Assembly: GCA_963805625.1 (NCBI GenBank)
Contig: CAWDVE010000013.1
Coordinates: forward strand, 576,001 to 640,000
Length of the DNA stretch: 64,000 nt
Source: an uncultured Candidatus Rokubacteria bacterium
GTDB lineage: Bacteria; Methylomirabilota; Methylomirabilia; Rokubacteriales; DASRDR01
Reading direction: 5' to 3'
Of the stretch, positions 57,651 to 64,000 are shown piece by piece. Made by a program: the position numbers and the translations under genes. How positions within the stretch are numbered: the first letter of the stretch is position 1; each line of letters begins with the position of its first letter. The notes below the pieces were generated by a model, which saw only the letters and a program-made list of their open reading frames with translations, made no database searches and was not told the origin of the DNA.

Positions 57651-59186
57651 CGCCGACTCGATGTGTCTCCGACTTGAGCGTCTGTTCGAGGGTCGTCGTC
57701 GGCGTCGTGAGCGGCCGCGCCTCGACAATGATCTGATACGCGAACAGCCGTGGCCGTAGCTTGATGAGGAGCATGTTGATCTTTTCGAGCCATCGCGCCG
57801 TACGCGGCGAGAAGCCGAGGCTCCGGAACGGGAATGGGATGAAAATCTGACGCTGCACGAGGAAGCCGGTCTGCTCAAGCAGGTTCAGGAACGTGTGGAC
57901 GGAGAAGAGCCGCTTGTGCGACACGTCCAGGATGCCCCGCTGGCCATAGTTGAAGTGGCCCACGAGCAGCATCAGACGCACGATGAAGAATGCCACGTTC
58001 GCGGTGCTGCAGATGAACCGTGGGGGGTGCTTGTATGGGAGGCCTGAGAGCTGGAGCAGAAGTCGCTCGGGCACCGTCAAGTGCTGGAGTACGTCCAGCA
58101 TCAGGAGCACATCGAAGTCCCCTTCACTGACGAGGGCAACGAGGCGACTCTTCCTCGGCATCGGGGTCGATTTGTTCGTAGCGGAAAAGACTCGGTGCGA
58201 CTGTGGACGGCGGAAGCATGTCCACTCCAGTCACGCGACAGCCGCGCCGCGCGAGCTGCTCCCCGGCGTACCCGGTGGAGCACCCGATGTCGAGCACCCG
58301 CGAGTGGTCCGGAATGAGGTCAGGCCTACTGCATACGGCCGAATGTGGCGTGGGTAGCTCTGACTTGGAATCATAAAGCGGGTGGATCGACTTGGTGGTG
58401 CGCTTGTTGAAGACGACGTCGGGATGGTATCTCACGTCGTAGAACAGGTGGTACTTCTGAAGCATGAATCGAATGCTGGCCTTGATAACGTTCTTTGCGT
58501 ACCGGAATCCGTCGACGTGACAGATCTCGTCCCCGTATCTGGTAGGGATGTTAACTTCGACGAACTTGGCGCCGTCGTTGATGAGCTGGAGGAGTATCTC
58601 AGTGTCGAAGTGGAAATCGTTGGTATTGAGGGCGAACCCAATCCGTGAGAGTGCCCGCGTGGAATAGGCCCGATACCCCGTGTGCCATTCGCTGAAATGC
58701 ACGCTGGCCAATCGATTCTGAATGGTGGTCAGGATTCGGTTCCCGACGTACTTGTACGCGGGCATCCCGCCCCGAAGGGGCGAGTAGCGCGTGCCAAACC
58801 GCACACCCAGAACGCACCCTACGTCCGGGTCCCTCTCGAACGGGTGGAGTAATTCTGGCAATGCCCGTGGCGTGTACTGGTTGTCACCGTGCAACATCAC
58901 CACCACGTCGAACTGTTCACGGATCGCGTAGGCGTAGCCGACCTTCTGATTACCACCGTAGCCTTGATTGATCGCGTTCCTGACCACACGCACGTTCGTC
59001 AGGTTGTGTCGAGCAACGTAGGCGCGCGCGACCTCGACCGTCCGGTCCTGGGAAGCGTCATCGATTAAGAGGATCTGGGTGTCGTGGCTGTTCCTGTACG
59101 AGAGAGGAATGTCGTCAAACACACTCTCGATGTGGCGCTCCGCGTTATAGGAGACGATGAAGATTAGAAGTTTAATGGCGAACCAT
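57643..59186 (-). CDS. Bifunctional GT2 glycosyltransferase / class I SAM methyltransferase, frameshifted
   Basis: 'LLIFIVSYNAERHI', 'LLIDDASQD', 'NQGYGGNQKVGY', 'MLHGDNQY', 'HFDTEI', 'VLDIGCSTG', 'GHFNYGQRGILD..H'. Confidence 0.82.
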
Positions 59187-59229
59187 CCTTATGATTCCGT
59201 TTCGCTCGCGATATGGGTGTGAAAGATCA

Positions 59230-59245
59230 AGCAAGGAAATTGCCA
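59230..59245 (-). promoter_or_regulatory. Sigma54 promoter for the GT2/methyltransferase gene
   Basis: TGGCAATTTCCTTGCT with exact GG-N10-GC spacing, about 44 nt upstream of the ATG at 59186. Confidence 0.78.
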
Positions 59246-59398
59246 GAGGCGGATTGCATTCAACTACCCGATTTAATGGATGTTTCTGAAAGGATGGATC
59301 CATACTGAGGTAACCATCCGGCTGCCCGGAACATGAAAGGTCTTGCACACCCTGGGCAGCTATCCTCCATTATCCTAGGTGGCGTGCCCGGCCCTTAG

Positions 59399-60862
59399 CA
59401 GCCCGTGGTGGAAGTGCCGAGACTCAGCGAGCGGGCGCGACGATCCATGGCGTGGGCAGGACGGGGCGGATCGGTTCCCAGATCGTCCAGAGACGCGTCA
59501 CGGGCGCCCAGAGGTGATCGGCAAGTGCTCCGAGGGCGATGTCGAGCGCACCCGGGGCGAAACGGCGTCCCTGCAGCCCTCGCGGCGTGCCGCGCCCGAA
59601 CGCGTGCCGCATGACGAGGCCGAGATTGAAGGCGCTCGCGTGCACGAGCAGTCGCTTGAGGATGTTCGGGTGCCCGCGCAAGTGCGTGCGCCGGAGACCG
59701 CCGGTGTCATAGACGTGGGCGAACGAGCGTTCGACGTACTCGCCGCGGCAGCGCAGCAGCCGCTTGCCGCGCGCGCCGCGCACCCGCCGGCGATTGCCGT
59801 AGACCGGACCCTGCGCCTCCGGCGTCTTCGTCCAGTCCCGGCGGCCACGCTCGGGCTCGGCGATGTAGGATCGGACCTCGACCGCCTGGAGGTCGACCAT
59901 CGTTTGGTTGCTGTGATACCCCTTGTCGGCGACGATCTCGGTCAGCTCCGCCGGCGCGTCGCGCTCCGCGTGCGCCGCCTCGATCTGTTCCGCGGCGGCG
60001 ATGGCGGTCTCCACGAGGCTCGTCGTATCCCCGACATCCGCGCCCTGCAGCGTGACCGCCACGAGCGCGCCGCTGTCCAGATCCACGGCGTGCTCGGCCT
60101 TGTGCGCCAGGTGCGTGCGCCCGTCTTTCATCTTGGTGATCTTCGCGTCCGGATCGAACGGGTTCTGCCAGTCCCTGTTCGACGTCCGCTTCTTCCGCCG
60201 GCGATCGAGGCGCGCCAAGGCCTCACGGGTCGGCGTCTTGATGCCCGACTCGACCGCGAGCCGGGTCAGGAACTCCTGGTAGCGCTCGCCGGTGTCGCGC
60301 CGCACGATGCTGCGCATGGCGGCGTTCGCCTCCAGCGTCGTCGCGTCGATCGCGACGGTGCGCCCCGTGAGCAGCCCGGCCGCGACCAGGCGCTCCTGCA
60401 CCCACGTGAAGATGGCCCGATGGATCTCGACGGGGATCAAGCGTCGCGTGCGCGAGATCGTCGAATGATCCGGGGCCGCGGTGTCGAGGCCCAGCCCGAC
60501 GAAGCTGCGCACGGCGAGCGAATCGGCCGCGCGCCAGGCGATGCCCCGCTCCGAGTCGAGCCCCTCGAAGTAGCCGAGCAGCAGCAACCGGAAGTACCGT
60601 CCCGGCAGCAGGCTCGGTCGCCCCATCACCGGCGCGTAGCATGGCCGACACTGCGCCTCCGCGAACCGGTCGAAGCCGGCCTCGTCGAGGATGGCGTTCA
60701 GCCGCGCGTAAAAGGGATGGCCCGGCGACACCGGGAGGTCGCGTGGTCGGAATCCACATCAGCGCTTGCTCGCTCGTGCGTTTGCCCATCGCCATGCGTC
60801 GCAGTGTACGCGGCCCACACGCGGCCATGGAAGACCTATTCGCCGACTTTCACCACGGGCTG
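59399..60862 (-). mobile_element. Complete IS5/IS1182-like insertion sequence (1464 bp) with a TTAG target duplication
   Basis: TIRs CAGCCCGTGGTGGAAGT (59399-59415) and ACTTTCACCACGGGCTG (60846-60862) match at 16 of 17 positions; TTAG at 59395-59398 and 60863-60866. Confidence 0.92.
59424..60795 (-). CDS. DDE transposase (DUF772 plus DDE_Tnp_1-like), frameshift near 60740
   Basis: 'GRPS..PGRYFRLLLLGYFEGLDSER', 'PDHSTISRTR', 'IDATTLEANA', 'DKGYHS', 'VERSFAH'. Confidence 0.92.
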
Positions 60863-61731
60863 TTAGGGCGGTGTGTTCACGTTGCGGCTCTACCCGACAG
60901 CCCCCTGGGTAGAGTTCCATGTGCCCGCCTCCTCGTACACCGCCAGCGGTCGGCGCCGACGGCGATGGTCCGCGCCCAGGGGGCCGCGTGATATGCCCGG
61001 GGACGGTGATTCTGCGCCCGGGCTGGCCGGCAGGCCCGGGTGTCGGGGAGCTCCAACAGACCGAGGACGCCGAGCACACGTAAGTTCACGAAGCGACACC
61101 GTCACAGTCGAGCCGGTCGACCTGGCCCTCGCGGGCGTCGTCGACCGCACGGATCCCGGGCTCTCGGTGGCGCCGGAGGCCCCTCGACGGTCCGATCCCG
61201 CGGCGCGAAAAGCACCTCGCGGGGCCGCCGCCGCCGGCGCCCACCCGCCAGTGCCCGGCGGGCAAGGTACACCTCCGCGTCATGAAAAAGTTCCAGGATC
61301 TGGCCGGCGACTGGCACTTCGCGGACTACTCCGCCGATGTACCTCGACGAGGTGTCGGCACGTGAGGCCATCCGGCTCGGGGTCGGAGTCGAGGTGGCCG
61401 AGTGAGACACGAGGACTGCGGGCAACAAGCCGGGGCATGGGCCGTGTCCCGAGTCGAGCCGCGTGGGGGGCCCGCGCCAGGTCGTCCAGTCTCCAGCTCC
61501 ACGCGGTGCCGCTCCGTGAACGCCACCCCCGAGAGGCCAACCCCCGGCCGCGGGGGGCGGCCGTCGCCAAACCTGTCCGCGCGCCCCGCGCGTTTGGCAC
61601 CTCGTGATCAGGATGTCGGGCGTCTCCAGCGCGCGCGGGACCGCCATCTCTGAGTGCTCCAAAAGAGACACGCGCTCTGCGCTGTCGCGATGATCGCTGA
61701 GTCGAACATGGACGCTGCTCTTTCGAGACCC

Positions 61732-62310
61732 TCAGCGATCGGTATGAGGCGATGAATGCGACCGTGCTGCTCTTTGGCGGTGAAGAATCGCGAGTGCTCC
61801 GAGCGACGTTCCGAGCAACAGGAAGGTCGAGGGCTCGGGCACGGTGAACCTATATACCCAAATTGGCGTGCCGATGTTGCATGCGGGCAGGCCGAAGCCT
61901 GGCCCGCAACCAGGCTCGACCACGCCCTGGCCGACAAAGTCGAAGCCGTCGCCGACGTTCAGATGCCCGGTGGCCGTGAATGGGGCGGGCAGGCTCGCGA
62001 ACGGCTCCGTCGTCAGTGTGAACACGCCGCAGGTGGGCAGCGGAGGCGCGCCGCACACGGTCCCGTCGACCTCGACGTTCGCATTGCCTCCAAAGGAGCT
62101 GCCGAGCGGGATTGTGATTGAGCTGCCGGGCCCGCCGGAAAAGGAAAATGGCAGTGTCACGGACACGGAAAAGCCGTCTCCGTCAAAGCTGGCGGAGATG
62201 TCTGCCGGATAGAGATTGACGAATCCATCAGTGGCGATGGGCGTCGCGTGTGCTGCGCTGGCTAGCCCCGTCACCGCGGCGAGCGCGATCGCTACAAGGA
62301 GCGTTCCCAT
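61732..62310 (-). CDS. PEP-CTERM sorting domain surface protein (192 aa)
   Basis: Signal peptide 'MGTLLVAIALAAVTGLASAAHA-TPI'; C-terminal 'VPEPSTFLLLGTSLGALAILHRQR'; GGAGG RBS. Confidence 0.92.
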   Translation of the reverse strand: MGTLLVAIALAAVTGLASAAHATPIATDGFVNLYPADISASFDGDGFSVSVTLPFSFSGGPGSSITIPLGSSFGGNANVEVDGTVCGAPPLPTCGVFTLTTEPFASLPAPFTATGHLNVGDGFDFVGQGVVEPGCGPGFGLPACNIGTPIWVYRFTVPEPSTFLLLGTSLGALAILHRQRAARSHSSPHTDR

Positions 62311-62341
62311 GGGCGCCTCCCTGAAAGAGGAATTGGCGAGG

Positions 62342-62370
62342 ACTGTGCACCGCTCCCTATCGTATGTCAA
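62342..62370 (-). promoter_or_regulatory. Sigma70-type promoter of the PEP-CTERM gene
   Basis: TTGACA (62370-62365)-17 nt-CACAGT (62347-62342). Confidence 0.55.
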
Positions 62371-62729
62371 TAGACCACTGGTCCGTATCTCGGAATCAGA
62401 GTCCCCAGCCCGCTGGCTCCCCGATGCTCTGCGCGATCCTCCGCGCCCCGGCCCGCCTCGGTGATCCGGCTGATGTCTGAGGCGGAACGGATGGGCAGCG
62501 CGCTCAGGTAGTCGACGGCTCACCTCCAAGAAGGCATCGCCCCGCGCCACGGCGCGACTTCGACGGCCTCGGAGTCCGGCTGGCGCCCGAGGCTGGGTCC
62601 GCGGTAGGGTCGGAGCGGCGGCTTCTGGCTTCGGAGACGACGGGGAGATCCCATGAGGCTCCCTGATTGGCGGGGCATCTCCGCGGCCCGGTTGCGGCGG
62701 CGACTTGTTTAGAGTAAAAATCACGGAGG

Positions 62730-63731
62730 GTGCTCCCGAACCTGCTGCGGTGTGTCTCGTTCGCAATACTGTCCGCGGTCGCTGGCTGTGACCTGGCAGT
62801 GAACGAGCCGCCGAGGAGCTCTCTGCCGCCAACGATACTCGTGCCGTTGCCCGAACACCGCGGGCTGGCCGCGCGCTACCCGAGGGACACACGGCTGGCG
62901 ACCGATCCGGCCGTGGTCTTTGCCGACGATGTCGAATCGTCCACCACCGGGGTGCTGCCGGACGGGTTGGCCGCCGAGCAACGGACTGCCTGGAACAACC
63001 CGTGGGATCGCGCGTGGGGCGGTTCGCGGATCACCGATGATCCTGAACACGTGCATGCCGGGCACCGGGCGCTCGAGTTCCGCATGAACGGGCCGGGGGC
63101 CATCGGAGTGGGGAAATACATTCGCCGCGGGTTCGACCGACTCTTCTTTCGTTACTACATCAAGTACGACGACGCATTCCCCGGCGCACACCATGTGGGC
63201 GCTGGGATCGCGGCCCGCGCGCCGGGCGTGCCAGATGCGAATCCTGGCGTCAAGCCAGACGGCACCAATCAGTTCGATGTGTTGCTTGACCACTGGAGCT
63301 TTGACGCGGGGGGGCCGCCGCCCGGACACCTGGTGGCGTACGTGTACCACATGGACCAACAGCACCAGTGGGGAGAACAGTTCTATCCCTCAGGCAGGAC
63401 ACTACCGGGAGTAAACGGTGCGCGGGGGATCTTCGGCCCCTCGTTCGTCCCGCGGAAGGACTTCGTACCCGTGCGCGGCCGCTGGTATTGCTACGAGTTC
63501 ATGGCGCAGGCCAACACGCCGGGACAGCGCGACGGGCGCGTGGCGTTCTGGGTCGACGGACGTATCGCCGCGGACTTCCCGAATCTGCGATTCAGAAGTG
63601 TGGACGCACTCAAAATCAACCGTGTGGACGTCGGCATGTATGAAAGCCGGCACAACGGACTCCACCGCGTATGGATTGACGATGTCGTCGTGGCCACAGC
63701 CTATATCGGGCCGATGACCGCAGATCGGTAG
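62730..63731 (+). CDS. Lipoprotein with a polysaccharide-lyase/ConA-like beta-jelly domain
   Basis: Lipobox AVAG-C; 'LFFRYYIKYD', 'YVYHMD', 'GRWYCYE..Q.NTPG..DG...WVDG', 'VWIDDVVVA'. Confidence 0.7.
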   Translation: MLPNLLRCVSFAILSAVAGCDLAVNEPPRSSLPPTILVPLPEHRGLAARYPRDTRLATDPAVVFADDVESSTTGVLPDGLAAEQRTAWNNPWDRAWGGSRITDDPEHVHAGHRALEFRMNGPGAIGVGKYIRRGFDRLFFRYYIKYDDAFPGAHHVGAGIAARAPGVPDANPGVKPDGTNQFDVLLDHWSFDAGGPPPGHLVAYVYHMDQQHQWGEQFYPSGRTLPGVNGARGIFGPSFVPRKDFVPVRGRWYCYEFMAQANTPGQRDGRVAFWVDGRIAADFPNLRFRSVDALKINRVDVGMYESRHNGLHRVWIDDVVVATAYIGPMTADR

Positions 63732-63762
63732 CAACCGACGACGTGGTGCAGCGGCGTGGGAC

Positions 63763-64000
63763 GTGGAATACGCCTTCACCACTGTAGAGGGCAGAGCGCA
63801 GGGCGTTGACGTCGTCGCCTGCCACCGCAATTTGCGAGGGGGTCCGCTATCTCGACGTTGGCGCGGGGTACGGCGGGTTCCCAATTGGCTTTCAGTCGAG
63901 CGGGGGGCCGCCGATCCCGATTTGCTGGCTGTCTCGGGCGCGCTGCTGCGCGACGCCCCGTGCACCGCCAAGATGATCCCGAGGGACGCGATGGACGCCG
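63763..64000 (+). pseudogene. Possible class I SAM methyltransferase fragment running off the window edge
   Basis: 'VRYLDVGAGYGGF' motif I near 63843-63885; frames are disrupted. Confidence 0.35.

Overview
GC-rich bacterial DNA. Gene families and composition suggest Ca. Rokubacteria/Methylomirabilota, but this is inference. From left to right: (1) 0.5-9.2 kb is a divergent catabolic/transport cluster with an LLM oxidoreductase, two DUF4286/EthD-like paralogues, livHMGF without its own binding protein, DUF1772, a 2-hydroxyacid dehydrogenase, TauE and an FlK-like thioesterase. (2) 9.2-24.4 kb holds a diguanylate cyclase, tandem ArnT-like transferases, two toxin-antitoxin pairs, MFS/SDR/VOC genes and a Cache-HAMP-3xGAF kinase / REC / REC-nucleotide-cyclase operon. 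(3) 24.5-31.5 kb is a regulatory block with two atypical sigma54 activators, a lone REC protein, GGDEF and Calx-beta relics, and two small paralogous 'VIVDRR..(D/E)RR..DRR' proteins. (4) 28.5-63.7 kb is a large PEP-CTERM-type Wzy-dependent exopolysaccharide locus with several clear sigma54 promoters, a complete IS5/IS1182-like element (17-bp TIRs, TTAG duplication) and a PEP-CTERM protein. Single-base frameshifts are concentrated after about 48 kb and are probably read errors. No rRNA, tRNA or CRISPR array was seen. The best candidate for an undescribed system is the DRR-protein / atypical sigma54-activator module in front of the EPS locus.
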